Shown: positions 10,027 through 20,010, counted from the first letter of the whole stretch. The stretch is 63,984 bases of DNA, filler included, from 10 parts of 10 records of this genome joined end to end with filler, not necessarily neighbours in it, one strand, 5' to 3'. The notes: a model not told the origin generated them from the sequence alone. Translations and numbers: made by a program.

Positions 10027-10824
10027 TTAACAATTGATTGAACTGTCGGCATTATCCTTCTGATGCCAAGCGACCACCTTTTTGTACGGGATGGTGCCGC
10101 CGAATATGTCCAATGCACTGCCGATGGTCAGATCGACCCGGTTTTGCCCCACGGTTTTGACATGGTCCAAATCTGAGAATGATTTCACACCACCGGCATA
10201 AGTAACCGGTATGGGGCAACAGCGTCCCAGAAGCTCCACCAGGTCGGATTGGACGCCGCCCATTTTTCCTTCTACATCCACACCGTGCACCAGGAATTCA
10301 TCGCAGTAGGTCGAAAACGCTTCAATGGTTTTCTCGGTGACGGCCACCTCTGTAAATTTTTGCCACCGATCGGTGACAATCCAGAATTGGCCGTCACGGC
10401 TTCGGCAGCTCAGGTCCAGTACCAGGCGTTTTTTATCGATTTTTTTTACCAGTGCATTGAGTTTATCCATGTCAATGAGTCCGTTGGAGAATACGTATGA
10501 GGTGACAATCACATGGCTGGCACCGGCATCCAAGTATTTGGAGGCATTATCCGGATGAATTCCACCGCCCACCTGCAACCCTCCGGGGTATGCGGACAGT
10601 GCTGAAAGTACTGCCTCCTCATTTCCGGGACCTAAAGAGATGACATGTCCTCCAAATAAGTGATCTTTTTTATAAAGTTCTGCAAAAAAAGAAGAAGACT
10701 TGGTGCTTTGGAAGTTGGAGACGGCACTGCTTTCACTCTTTTCTGTTGTACTGTCTTTGAGGGTCCCTCCAACAATTTGGACAACATTCCCCCCTTTGAT
10801 ATCAATACACGGCCTGAATTTCAT
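10027..10824 (-). CDS. hisA: ProFAR isomerase, eukaryotic-type (His6-like)
   Basis: FRPCIDIKGGNVVQIVGGTL, LQVGGGI, LVLDLSCR, EFLVHGVDVEG and DLTIGSALDIFGG match the yeast His6/plant type. Confidence 0.92.
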   Translation of the reverse strand: MKFRPCIDIKGGNVVQIVGGTLKDSTTEKSESSAVSNFQSTKSSSFFAELYKKDHLFGGHVISLGPGNEEAVLSALSAYPGGLQVGGGIHPDNASKYLDAGASHVIVTSYVFSNGLIDMDKLNALVKKIDKKRLVLDLSCRSRDGQFWIVTDRWQKFTEVAVTEKTIEAFSTYCDEFLVHGVDVEGKMGGVQSDLVELLGRCCPIPVTYAGGVKSFSDLDHVKTVGQNRVDLTIGSALDIFGGTIPYKKVVAWHQKDNADSSINC

Positions 10825-11024
10825 TTGTTCCTCGTCCTATTTTCGTTGATCATTGCCACCTTGACGTCATCATTGAAGGGGGCTCTCAATCATGGGTTTT
10901 TTTTGGGCATCTTCTGCGTATTAATAATGGGGCACATTTATATCAAACATAGCTTGAGATCAAGCTCTAAGAAAATGAGGTGGGTTGGAAAGGGCTGAAT
11001 TGTGAAGAAAAAACGGAGAATCGT

Positions 11025-11106
11025 ATGGAGGGTTTAATCCCAAAACATGGGGGCTATCGAAATTTGAAGCGTTTTCAGATTTCGATAGCTGATTTACGAT
11101 GTTACG
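11025..11106 (+). pseudogene. Remnant N-terminus of a four-helix-bundle protein
   Basis: GGAG RBS, then MEGLIPKHGGYRNLKRFQI. After a +1 shift it reads stop-LIYDVT, matching the family start GGYxxLxSFQxAQLIYDVT. Confidence 0.55.
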
Positions 11107-11114
11107 CAACGCCG

Positions 11115-11840
11115 TTAGCCGCCGAGGTAAGCTTTCTTTACTTCAGGATTATCCATCAATTCTGATGAAGTTCCCGCAGCAACAATCTCGCCGGTATCCA
11201 TGACATACCCCCGATGGGCAAACTTTAAAGCCAAATTGGCATTCTGCTCAATCAGCAAAATGGTCATGCCCTCTTCATTGAGTTGCTTCAGAACCCGAAA
11301 CATATCGTACATCAAAAGCGGTGATAGGCCCATGGAAGGCTCATCCAGTAAAATGAAATCACAAGCCGTCATGATGGCCCGGCTCACGGAAAGCATCTGC
11401 TGCTCACCGCCGCTAAGTGTTTCACTTCGTTGGTAGCGTCGTTCCCTCATTTTGGGAAATAGATCGTATACTCGCTCGTAGTCTTTTTCCTGAGCCTCAT
11501 CATCCGGTCGGGAGTAGGTGGCAAGCTTCAGATTTTCCTCTACGGTGAGATTCCCGAAAATGTGCCTCCCCTCAGGTGCCAGAGCCATATGAAAGTCGGA
11601 TACAATGGCGTGGGCCGGCACTTTGAGGATGCTGTCTCCTTCATAAAGGATATCCCCGCCGGACACGGTGGAGCCCTCCGGAGGCGGCACCCTTGTGATG
11701 GCATGAAGGGTCGTGGTCTTTCCGGCACCGTTGGAGCCGATGAGCGTCACGATCTCGCCTTTATTCACATGAAATGAGATGCCGTGGAGCGCTTCAATAT
11801 TACCGTATTTTACATAAAGATCTTTAACTTCAAGTAACAT
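11115..11840 (-). CDS. livF: Branched-chain amino acid ABC transporter ATPase (LivF-like)
   Basis: GSNGAGKTT, PEGRHIF, LSGGEQQML, LLDEPSMGL and VKKAYLGG. Confidence 0.92.
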   Translation of the reverse strand: MLLEVKDLYVKYGNIEALHGISFHVNKGEIVTLIGSNGAGKTTTLHAITRVPPPEGSTVSGGDILYEGDSILKVPAHAIVSDFHMALAPEGRHIFGNLTVEENLKLATYSRPDDEAQEKDYERVYDLFPKMRERRYQRSETLSGGEQQMLSVSRAIMTACDFILLDEPSMGLSPLLMYDMFRVLKQLNEEGMTILLIEQNANLALKFAHRGYVMDTGEIVAAGTSSELMDNPEVKKAYLGG

Positions 11841-12607
11841 CAGATATTATCATCTCCCAGGTAAGCTTTGATCACATCGGGATTGTTCTGAATCTCTTCC
11901 GGTGTGCCTTCGGCAATGGTTTTACCGAAGTCAATCACCTGAATCCATGAACAAAGGGACATCACCACGGCCATTTGATGCTCGATCATCCAGATGGAGA
12001 TATCGAACTCGTTGTGAATCCAGCGGATGAGCTGGATCAGATCCTGGACATCGGCGGAGTTGAGACCGGCGGCCGGCTCATCCAGAAGCAAAAGATCCGG
12101 TTTCACCGAAAGGGCTCTGGCAATTTCAATTTTTCGCTGAATGCCGTAGGGCAGATTTCTGGGCTTCTCATTTTTGAATTGTACCAGGTCCAACTGTTCC
12201 AGAAGCCCCATGGCGATGTCCCTCATTCGCTTTTCATTCTCCACGTAACGGCGACTTCGAGTAAATGCATCAAGAAGATTATACCCCAAGTTGTAGTGTT
12301 GGGAGATGAGAATGTTATCCAGCAGGGTCATGTCGTGCCACAGCCTTATATTCTGAAACGTCCGGGCGACTCCCATGGCGGTCACCTTATGGGGTTTCAG
12401 CCCATTGATATGTCTGTTTTTGAACAGGATCGAACCGTCGGTGGGTTTATAAAATCCACTGACAATGTTGAATACGGTGGTCTTTCCGGCACCGTTGGGA
12501 CCGATCAGCCCCATGAGTTCGCCGCCTTCAAACTTTGTGGAAAAGTCTGAAACGGCAGTCAGACCGCCGAACTGCTGGGTCAAATTGTCTATTTCAAGTA
12601 AAGACAT
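11840..12607 (-). CDS. livG: Branched-chain amino acid ABC transporter ATPase (LivG-like)
   Basis: FGGLTAV, GPNGAGKTT, ARTFQNIRL, LPYG, LLLDEPAAG and VIKAYLG. Confidence 0.92.
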   Translation of the reverse strand: MSLLEIDNLTQQFGGLTAVSDFSTKFEGGELMGLIGPNGAGKTTVFNIVSGFYKPTDGSILFKNRHINGLKPHKVTAMGVARTFQNIRLWHDMTLLDNILISQHYNLGYNLLDAFTRSRRYVENEKRMRDIAMGLLEQLDLVQFKNEKPRNLPYGIQRKIEIARALSVKPDLLLLDEPAAGLNSADVQDLIQLIRWIHNEFDISIWMIEHQMAVVMSLCSWIQVIDFGKTIAEGTPEEIQNNPDVIKAYLGDDNI

Positions 12608-12621
12608 ACACTATCCATCCC

Positions 12622-13704
12622 TTATTTGAATTCATAATATTTTTTCAGTCGTGGAAATATATCCGACAATTCCCGATTTCCCATGATTCCTTCCGGTCTG
12701 AACTGCATTAAAATGACCAGAATCAAAGGAATGATGACCCATTTGAGAACCTGGCTCAGGTGGAAGGTATCGGGGATGATGGGCATGAGATGGATCAGGG
12801 TATCGGCAGCAGGGATGATGAAACGAAGCCCCTCGATGAGCAGAGTAAAGAGTACCGCTGCAATGATGGAGCCGCTGAGTGATCCCATTCCGCCGAGATA
12901 GACCATGACCAGGCATTCGGTGGATTTGAGAATTCCGAATGAGTTGGGATTGATATACCCCAGGATGTGGGCAAAAAGGCCGCCGGCCAGTCCGGCCAGT
13001 CCGGATGAAAGCATGAAGGCAACCAGTTTCATCTTGTCGGTGTTGACGCTCATGATCTCAGCGGCAATCTCATCCTGATGGATGGCGATAATTCCTTTAC
13101 CATAGGTGGATGTTACAAAACGACGAATGACGAATATGGTGAAATAGGTAAACGCAAAGACCCAGATCAGCATCCAGGGAATGAACACCACATCCTCCAT
13201 GGCAAAAACAATCTGCTTCATGCCCATGAAGCCCCTGGCACCGCCGATGATGTCCATATTGATGAAAAGGCTCACCAGAATGAAGTTGGCGGCCAGGGTG
13301 ATGATGGCCAGATAATCATCCCTCGTCTTGAAGGAGGGAATCGCCACGATGAGTCCGGCAAACGCAGCGGCAACGCCGCCCAACAACATGGTGACCGGAA
13401 AAAAGTAGAGGGCCAGCTCCGGCGGTAAAATGGCCTGTCCAAATGTTTTGCTATGGGTAAAGAACATGATGTTGAGCACCGAGGTCACATAGGCCCCCAC
13501 CGCCATGAATCCGGCATGACCGCAGGCAAATTCCCCCATATACCCGTTGATGATGTTGAAACTCGATGACAAAATGATATTGACCCCGATGAACATGATC
13601 ACCGTTTGGATGTACAGGTCGATCAGTTCGTAATGGGCGGCAACGACAGTGCCCACAGCAAGCAGTAAAAGCAGGCCGGGGACGGATAGTTTTTTCTTGT
13701 TCAT
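12622..13704 (-). CDS. livM: Branched-chain amino acid ABC permease (LivM-like)
   Basis: GHAGFMAVGAY, DYLAIITL, DEIAAE and LGGMGSLSG. Start placed at ATG 13704 behind a GGAG RBS. Confidence 0.88.
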   Translation of the reverse strand: MNKKKLSVPGLLLLLAVGTVVAAHYELIDLYIQTVIMFIGVNIILSSSFNIINGYMGEFACGHAGFMAVGAYVTSVLNIMFFTHSKTFGQAILPPELALYFFPVTMLLGGVAAAFAGLIVAIPSFKTRDDYLAIITLAANFILVSLFINMDIIGGARGFMGMKQIVFAMEDVVFIPWMLIWVFAFTYFTIFVIRRFVTSTYGKGIIAIHQDEIAAEIMSVNTDKMKLVAFMLSSGLAGLAGGLFAHILGYINPNSFGILKSTECLVMVYLGGMGSLSGSIIAAVLFTLLIEGLRFIIPAADTLIHLMPIIPDTFHLSQVLKWVIIPLILVILMQFRPEGIMGNRELSDIFPRLKKYYEFK

Positions 13705-13738
13705 CTTTAATTCTCCAAATCGTCCGTATTGGCCGTGC

Positions 13739-14653
13739 TTATATTTTTGTTGATTTGGCAATGCCGAACAGCCCAGTGGGTTTTATCACCAGAATGATCA
13801 GCAGGATGGAAAAGGCGATCAGATCCCGGAAGGTGGAGGGAAAGACCGCCACAACCAGGATTTCCGTGATTCCCAGAAGGAATCCACCCACAAATGCCCC
13901 TTTGATGTCACCGATGCCTCCTACAACCGCAGCAATAAAGGCTTTCCAGCCGATGAGCGCCCCCATGAAGGGATCCAGGATGGGGTAGGACATGGCAAAC
14001 AGGATACCGGCAAGTCCGGCAAGGGAAGATCCCAGGATGAAGGTCACCATGATGATGGTATCAATGGGGATTCCCATGAGGGGGATGGCAAACTTGTCGT
14101 AGGAGATGCCCCGCATGGCCATACCGATTCGGGTTTTGGTGATAATGGCATTCAGCGCAAAGTAGACCAGAATGGAGGAGAGGATGACCCCGATTTTCAG
14201 GTTGGTCATGCTGATGGGACCGATGGTGTAAATCACTTTGTCGATGAGCTCGGGAAAGCTCTTTCTGCTGGCGCCGAGGAATGCCAGGTTGCCGTTCTCC
14301 AGGATCAACCCGCACATGAGGGCCGTGATGACCACATAGAGACGATTGGCTCCCTTACGGCGAAGGGGGCGATACGCAATCCGTTCCAACGCCACACCGC
14401 ACACCGAAGTCAGGATCATGGTGAGCGGAATCACCAGGGCCAGGGTGACCGGTCCGGAGAGGGCAAGGTCGCCTTTGAACAAAAAGACCGATATGAAGAA
14501 GGCGATGTAAGCCCCCACCATGAAGATATCTCCATGGGCAAAGTTAATCAGGCGGAGTACCCCGTAAACGAGGGTGTAGCCCAAAGCAATAAGGGAGTAG
14601 AAACTCCCCCATTGCAATGCATTGAATAGATTTTGGAAGATAGTGTCAAGCAC
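13739..14653 (-). CDS. livH: Branched-chain amino acid ABC permease (LivH-like)
   Basis: LIALGYTLVYGVLRLINFAHGD and KAFIAAVVGGIG. Confidence 0.92.
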   Translation of the reverse strand: MLDTIFQNLFNALQWGSFYSLIALGYTLVYGVLRLINFAHGDIFMVGAYIAFFISVFLFKGDLALSGPVTLALVIPLTMILTSVCGVALERIAYRPLRRKGANRLYVVITALMCGLILENGNLAFLGASRKSFPELIDKVIYTIGPISMTNLKIGVILSSILVYFALNAIITKTRIGMAMRGISYDKFAIPLMGIPIDTIIMVTFILGSSLAGLAGILFAMSYPILDPFMGALIGWKAFIAAVVGGIGDIKGAFVGGFLLGITEILVVAVFPSTFRDLIAFSILLIILVIKPTGLFGIAKSTKI

Positions 14654-14710
14654 GTGAAACTCCCCATATAAAATAAAAACGCTTTCAAAATAAAGGCGGG
14701 ATTACGTCAG

Positions 14711-14747
14711 TTTCCCGACTTTCAAAAAAACGTCGAAAGCCGGGAAA
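14711..14747 (-). terminator. Intercistronic stem-loop after the binding-protein gene
   Basis: The 13-bp stem TTTCCCGGCTTTC/GAAAGTCGGGAAA pairs fully on the transcribed minus strand, using one G-U pair. Confidence 0.55.
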
Positions 14748-14785
14748 TGAGTGATATTGTTTGGATCAATGGCGCTTTTTCGGCA

Positions 14786-15961
14786 TTAGGGACAAACGGA
14801 TTCCGTGAACTCGAATTCCCCGGCATCGCTGATTTTAACCACAACAGCGCATTTGATCGGGTCACCCTGATCGTCGAACTTCATGTTTCCGGTGATGCCC
14901 TTTACCTCGGTGATGGCGGCAATGCCTTCACGAAGGGCTTTTCGGTCTTTACGGAGGTTGCCGGTCGGTTTCCCGGCATTCTGAATACCGGCAAGCACAA
15001 CATTGATGGCATCCCAAGTGAGCGCTGCGACGTCGGCAGGCTGATATCCGTACAGTTTTTTGTATTTGTCGATGAACTCTTTGGTGGCGCCTTTGGCACC
15101 GGCAGCCGCATAATGGGTGGAGAAGTAGTGGCCTTTACAGTCATCGCCGCAAAGGGCCATCAGCTCGGAGTTTCCCCAGGCATCTGCGCCCATGAAAGGG
15201 CCTTTCCAGCCAAGGTCATGAGCCTGTTTTACGATGAGAGCCACTTCATTGTAGTTGTTGGGCAGGAAGATAAAATCGGGTTTGGCAGCCAGAATTTTAG
15301 TCAACTGGGCGCTGAAATCCTGGTCTTTGTCGCCATAACTTTCAAAAGCGACAACTGCTCCGTCACCTTTTTTCTTATTGAAATCCGCTTGGAAAATCTC
15401 GGCAAGGTTTTTGCTGTAGTCATTGGCCAGCGCATAGAGAACAGCGGCTTTTTCAGCCTTGAAGGTCTTGATGGCAAAGTCCGTGGCAACAGGGCCCTGG
15501 AAAGGATCCAGGAAGGCGGCACGGAAAACCCAAGGGCGATCTTTTGTGGTGTCGGGATTGGTGGACCAGGGAGAGATCATGGGGGTTCGGTTGTCGTTAC
15601 ACACCTGACCCGCAGGAACCGCCTGTTTGCTGGAGTTGGGGCCGATAATGGCCAGAACCTGATCTCTTTCGATCAGTTTCAAAGCGGCGGTTACTGCAGA
15701 TTCCGCCTTGGATTCGTTATCTTCATAGATGAACTCCAGTTTGTATTTTTCTCCGCCAACTTCAAGGCCGCCCTTGGCATTGATTTCGCTGAGTAGCATT
15801 TCACCGGTAAATTTGGATTCTTCCCCGACTTTGGGGATTTCGCCGGTCAAAGGAATGTTGAAGCCGATCTTGATGGTTTTACTCAATGCCGGGGAGACAC
15901 AAAGTGTCAAACTGAGAATTGCCATAATAGCCAAAAAACCGTAACGTTTTTTCACGAACAA
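14786..15961 (-). CDS. Branched-chain amino acid ABC substrate-binding protein (LivJ/K-like)
   Basis: Signal peptide, IKIGFNIPLTG, EINAKGG, GPNSS and DFSAQLTKI. AAGGAGG RBS. Confidence 0.9.
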   Translation of the reverse strand: MFVKKRYGFLAIMAILSLTLCVSPALSKTIKIGFNIPLTGEIPKVGEESKFTGEMLLSEINAKGGLEVGGEKYKLEFIYEDNESKAESAVTAALKLIERDQVLAIIGPNSSKQAVPAGQVCNDNRTPMISPWSTNPDTTKDRPWVFRAAFLDPFQGPVATDFAIKTFKAEKAAVLYALANDYSKNLAEIFQADFNKKKGDGAVVAFESYGDKDQDFSAQLTKILAAKPDFIFLPNNYNEVALIVKQAHDLGWKGPFMGADAWGNSELMALCGDDCKGHYFSTHYAAAGAKGATKEFIDKYKKLYGYQPADVAALTWDAINVVLAGIQNAGKPTGNLRKDRKALREGIAAITEVKGITGNMKFDDQGDPIKCAVVVKISDAGEFEFTESVCP

Positions 15962-16066
15962 CCTCCTTACATGAAATTTAAAAAAATAAATTGAGAAGAG
16001 CTGAATGATTCAGCAAGATAATGAGAATGAATATAGTAGACGAAGGTATAAATCAAGCGTCATTTT

Positions 16067-16672
16067 CTATTTGCCCAGCATCCCTTTTCTTAATTTTTTA
16101 TCGCCGGTAAAATTGTCGGTCTCCAAAAGCCATACGCCGAAAAGCGCTTTTTTAAACTCGAGTCCTGCAATGGTCGTTGCGTGCTGATCGTTGTAGTATA
16201 CTGCCGTTCCCTGTTTGGGGGTATACATCAGCTTCCAGACATCGTTTTTATTGGCTTCCGGAAGTGTTTTCAGGAAGCCGGCGATCTCTGCCTTCAATGT
16301 ATCGGTGGGATTTGTCGCGGCATATGAAAATCCTTTTGAAAATACGGCTTTAATCTTTTTCTCAGGGCCGTTTCGTTTCCATGTCATAATGATGGCCATG
16401 GGGGCGTTGGTTTGAATGATTTCATTTGAATCGGTGGTTTTTGCTTTGAGGTAGAGTCCGGCCACATAGACTTTGAATCCGAATTTTTTTCGTATTCCGG
16501 CACCATTCAAAATCAGGTCTGTTTGACCGGGCGTTGCCTCAGCGCTTAAGGTATCGGGCAGGATGACACCGCCCAATTCAAGGGCTTGCAACGGATGAAT
16601 CGGGATGAAAACGGTGATGAATAGGGTAACGAAAATGGTGAGAAAGATGAATGGACAACGTTGTTTCAGCAT
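16067..16672 (-). CDS. Chalcone-isomerase-like fold periplasmic protein
   Basis: Signal peptide, LILNGAGIRKKFGFKVYVAGLYL and FKKALFGVWL. Confidence 0.8.
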   Translation of the reverse strand: MLKQRCPFIFLTIFVTLFITVFIPIHPLQALELGGVILPDTLSAEATPGQTDLILNGAGIRKKFGFKVYVAGLYLKAKTTDSNEIIQTNAPMAIIMTWKRNGPEKKIKAVFSKGFSYAATNPTDTLKAEIAGFLKTLPEANKNDVWKLMYTPKQGTAVYYNDQHATTIAGLEFKKALFGVWLLETDNFTGDKKLRKGMLGK

Positions 16673-17297
16673 GGCTTCTCCTTTAATATTGATAATTGTA
16701 AGTTGCTGTCTTTCAGGGATTTCATGAAATAGATGGGTATAACTTCATTTCAACATTGCACTTTTTATTCTCGTATCCTCATTTCGGGGGGATCAAAGAA
16801 GTGAAAACGACTTTGGAGCGATATGTTTGGGCGATTTGAAAGATCCCCATTTGTTACGTCAACCCCTATTGGAAAATAGTAAAAAAATAAAAATGAAAAT
16901 CAATGAGGTGGACAATGTTTAATTGAATTAAATATTGTTGATATTAAAAATCATAGATAAGCCTGTCAAGATAAAATATCAATCTCGGAAATTTGATTTC
17001 AAAATAGAAGGATTAGTATTTAGACGCCCTTCATTTTAAGCGTTACACGCTCCGGAAGGACGAGTTTCTTTTTTCACGGGAAGCTTCGTGCGAAATGTGT
17101 ATAGCCGTTTTTTAGTTGAATGACGTATATTAATAATTGTACCAAAAGAGCATGGCAAAAAGAATCCGGAGGATTCACTAAGATTGTCTTGACATTAACC
17201 CACTGTTTTTTTATTCAATACTTCTTTTTAAAAAAGACTCTTCAGTCATAAATTCTCAGATCCGACTCTACATATTGTACTTGACGGATATGAGTCT

Positions 17298-17397
17298 NNN
17301 NNNNNNNNNNNNNNNNNNNNNNNNNNNNNNNNNNNNNNNNNTTAATTAATTAANNNNNNNNNNNNNNNNNNNNNNNNNNNNNNNNNNNNNNNNNNNN
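17298..17397. other. Artificial contig spacer
   Basis: N44-TTAATTAATTAA-N44. Confidence 0.98.
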
Positions 17398-18240
17398 TGT
17401 AAGTGATCCTCCCCCACGTACAAGTATGCTCGGACCCTCTCCGGGAATTGAAGACGTTTGCGTAATATTAACGCCAGAAACTGCCCCCTGTACAGCTTGC
17501 ATTACATTTGTTACTGGTATTTTACTTAAACGTTCTTGTGATACGGAACTAACAGAACCGGTAATATCTGATTTCTTTTGAGTTCCATAACCAACTACTA
17601 TAATTTCATCAACTCCTATAGTTTCTTCTTCCAGACTTACATCAATTTTATTTCTATTTTCAACGATAACTTCAATTGCCTGCATGCCAACAAATGAGAA
17701 TATCAACACATCGCCCGTTGAAGCATTGAGTTCATAATTACCATCAAAATCAGTAACAGTTCCCTTTGTTGTTCCTTTAACAACAACAGTAACACCTGGT
17801 AACGGTGCACCAGAATCATCGGTAACAATACCTGATATATTCTTATCCTGAACGGTTTGTCCAACGCTTTTTGAATTGGATAAAATAATCTGGCGGTTTG
17901 ATATTGTATATTCAATACCCCGATCTTTTAAGACCACATCAAGCACTTCTGTAATCGATTTATCGGCCAAATCAATTGACAACTGTTGATCTAATGACAA
18001 TAGATTATTGTTGTAAAAGAAAAAATAATCGCTTTCGTCTTCAATTAAGCTCAAAACATCTGTAATTGAAACATTCTGAGCTTTTAGATTTAGCTTCTGA
18101 CCTTGAGCATAATTGTTTACAGCAAAAAGCTGTAATTGAGTAAAAACAATTAAAAAGATACTTAATCTCATAACTTTCAATAATTTTCTGACACAGGCAA
18201 ATAGATACCTGTAGTCCTTAAAGAACCATTTTTTTTTCAT
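17398..18240 (-). CDS. susC: SusC/RagA TonB-dependent transducer with N-terminal STN domain (truncated)
   Basis: STN region (SITDVLSLIEDESDYFFFY), CarboxypepD-like GAPLPGVTVVVKGT, VVGYGTQKKSDITGSVS and plug start. ATG at 18240. Confidence 0.9.
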
Positions 18241-18247
18241 AAATTTG
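18240..18247 (+). promoter_or_regulatory. Bacteroidota primary-sigma -7 element pointing antisense to susC
   Basis: TAAATTTG matches TAnnTTTG and overlaps the susC start codon on the opposite strand. Confidence 0.5.
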
Positions 18248-18253
18248 AGTTTC

Positions 18254-18325
18254 AAATGAGTTAATTATAATTCAATATGATTAATTCCAGAGGGCAGTGT
18301 TGCAACCACTGTCCTCTTTTTATTT
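18254..18325 (+). ncRNA. Candidate cis-antisense sRNA (DonS-like) between fecR and susC
   Basis: Bounded by the -7 element and a plus-strand intrinsic terminator. Ends are approximate. Confidence 0.45.
18289..18325 (+). terminator. Intrinsic terminator on the strand opposite to fecR/susC
   Basis: AGAGGGCAGTG-ttgcaac-CACTGTCCTCT followed by TTTTATTT. The G-U pair and U tract both work only on the plus strand. Confidence 0.65.
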
Positions 18326-19354
18326 AGCCCATATATCTACATCTCTGTTTGTTATTTTTGTTTTAATATCCATTGATATTTCAAGCATTTGCAATACTTC
18401 CCCTAAAGTCTCATCTTGAATTGTTGCGGTCAATTTAAATTCTGAATCATCAAGTTTATCTTCCAATTGAATATTGCAATTATACCAACGTTCCAATTGC
18501 TTTATAACTTCTTTCAATGTTGTATTTTTAAATATCAGCATTCCGTCTTTCCACGATGTGCTTAAACGTGTTTCAACTTGCTTAATATTTAACTCCCGGG
18601 TTTCTTTATTAAAACTAGATTGTTCCCCGGGTTTCAATTGAGCAATCTCATTTCCCGCAGAATTCAATATAGCAATTCTACCTTCTTCAAGTGTTGAAAC
18701 TAAATACTTATCTTCATCATAAGTTGACACATCAAATGAAGTTCCAAGAACCTTTATATTCAGATTATTTGTTTTAACAATAAATGCGTGTTTTTCATCA
18801 TGGGCAACTTTAAAATACCCCTGCCCTTTTAACTCCACCAAGCGTTTATCTTGTCCTTCAAAATGAGCTGGAAAATGCAGACTACTTCCCGAGTTTAACC
18901 ACACCTCAGTTTCATCTGGAAGCATAAAATGGACTCTTGAACCCGGGCTTGCAATAACATCTTGCATAACCATTTGGTCGGGAATTAAATTGGTGGATGA
19001 ATGAAGTTTGAAAAACAAATACGAGGATAAAATAAGCAATGGCAAAAAAAGTATTGATGCAATTCGCATCATGTACTTATTCATAATAAAACGTTTATTC
19101 TGAGATTCTCTTATTACTTCTTGCTCCTTAATGTAATTGATTAAATTCTGTCTGACAGTCTGAATCATCTCCTCATCTACAACTCTCTGATTCGCATTTA
19201 AGCTATCCCAATGACCTTGCATCAGTTCCTCAAGCTGAGGATCATCATAGGTATTGAAAATATAGTCTTTCAATTTTTCTTTTTCGAACTGAGTTATCCC
19301 TTCATCTCCTATTTTTTCGAAAATTTTCTGAATGTTTTGCAAATTTATCCCCAT
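18320..19354 (-). CDS. FecR-family anti-sigma factor
   Basis: One TM helix, LPDETEVWLNSGSSL, GQGYFKVAHD, KVLGTSFDV, SWKDGMLIF and QLERWYN. Probable ATG at 19354. Confidence 0.9.
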   Translation of the reverse strand: MGINLQNIQKIFEKIGDEGITQFEKEKLKDYIFNTYDDPQLEELMQGHWDSLNANQRVVDEEMIQTVRQNLINYIKEQEVIRESQNKRFIMNKYMMRIASILFLPLLILSSYLFFKLHSSTNLIPDQMVMQDVIASPGSRVHFMLPDETEVWLNSGSSLHFPAHFEGQDKRLVELKGQGYFKVAHDEKHAFIVKTNNLNIKVLGTSFDVSTYDEDKYLVSTLEEGRIAILNSAGNEIAQLKPGEQSSFNKETRELNIKQVETRLSTSWKDGMLIFKNTTLKEVIKQLERWYNCNIQLEDKLDDSEFKLTATIQDETLGEVLQMLEISMDIKTKITNRDVDIWAK

Positions 19355-19425
19355 ACGATTTATACATAGTTCATATAGGTTTACACACAACTACAGGGTA
19401 GCCCCTATTGCATGAAAGAAAAAAA

Positions 19426-20010
19426 TTATAAAAAAAGTTCAAAAAATATAATCCCAGAAAAGCCTAACGATTGTAAGGACTGTCTGATACTGGCTAAAGC
19501 AGAAGTCATTTGGTTTTCTACCGTTTTTACAGATATTCCAAGTTTCTCAGCAATCTCTGCATTCGTTAATCCCGTTTCCCGTTTCAATAAAAATATTTCT
19601 TTCCGTCTATCACTTAGCTTTTCAATAGACTGTTTATATGCTGCCTCCAGTTCTTTAAAATTGAGTTCTTCATCAACCAATATATTTTTCCCGGGATTTA
19701 ATTTGGCATATTCAAGATAAGCTTGATGATAGTCCGACTTGCGAATAAAATTTAATATCGCATTTTTAGCAATAGTGAATAAATAAGCATCGAAAGATTT
19801 ATCTAAAGACAGCTCCTTTCTAACATTCCAAATCTTCATGAAAACCTCTTGAACTATCTCCTGTGCATCCTGCTTATTTTTAAGATAGGAAAATGAAAAA
19901 TTATAAATCTTGGGACTATATTTATCAAAGAGTATGCGAAATGCAAATGATGAACTTGATCTTAGTTCAATCAACATTTCTTGGTCCTTATAGATTTGCT
20001 GACTATTCAA
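19426..20010 (-). CDS. ECF RNA polymerase sigma-70 factor
   Basis: AQEIVQEVFMKIW and EIAEKLGISVKTVENQM. Lies directly upstream of FecR and SusC. Confidence 0.92.
   Translation of the reverse strand: MNSQQIYKDQEMLIELRSSSSFAFRILFDKYSPKIYNFSFSYLKNKQDAQEIVQEVFMKIWNVRKELSLDKSFDAYLFTIAKNAILNFIRKSDYHQAYLEYAKLNPGKNILVDEELNFKELEAAYKQSIEKLSDRRKEIFLLKRETGLTNAEIAEKLGISVKTVENQMTSALASIRQSLQSLGFSGIIFFELFL

Noticed and set aside
14747..15796. 349-aa plus-strand ORF antisense to the Liv binding protein
   Set aside because: Shadow ORF of a well-conserved gene with no recognisable motifs. The same applies to the many antisense ORFs over bamA, lpxD, typA and the giant protein.
16673..17297. 625-nt non-coding region with inverted repeat GGGGATC...GATCCCC (about 16788-16848) and a TTGACA
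   Set aside because: I could not match it to any riboswitch or ncRNA family by eye. It is probably a divergent promoter region. An Rfam/Infernal scan would settle it.
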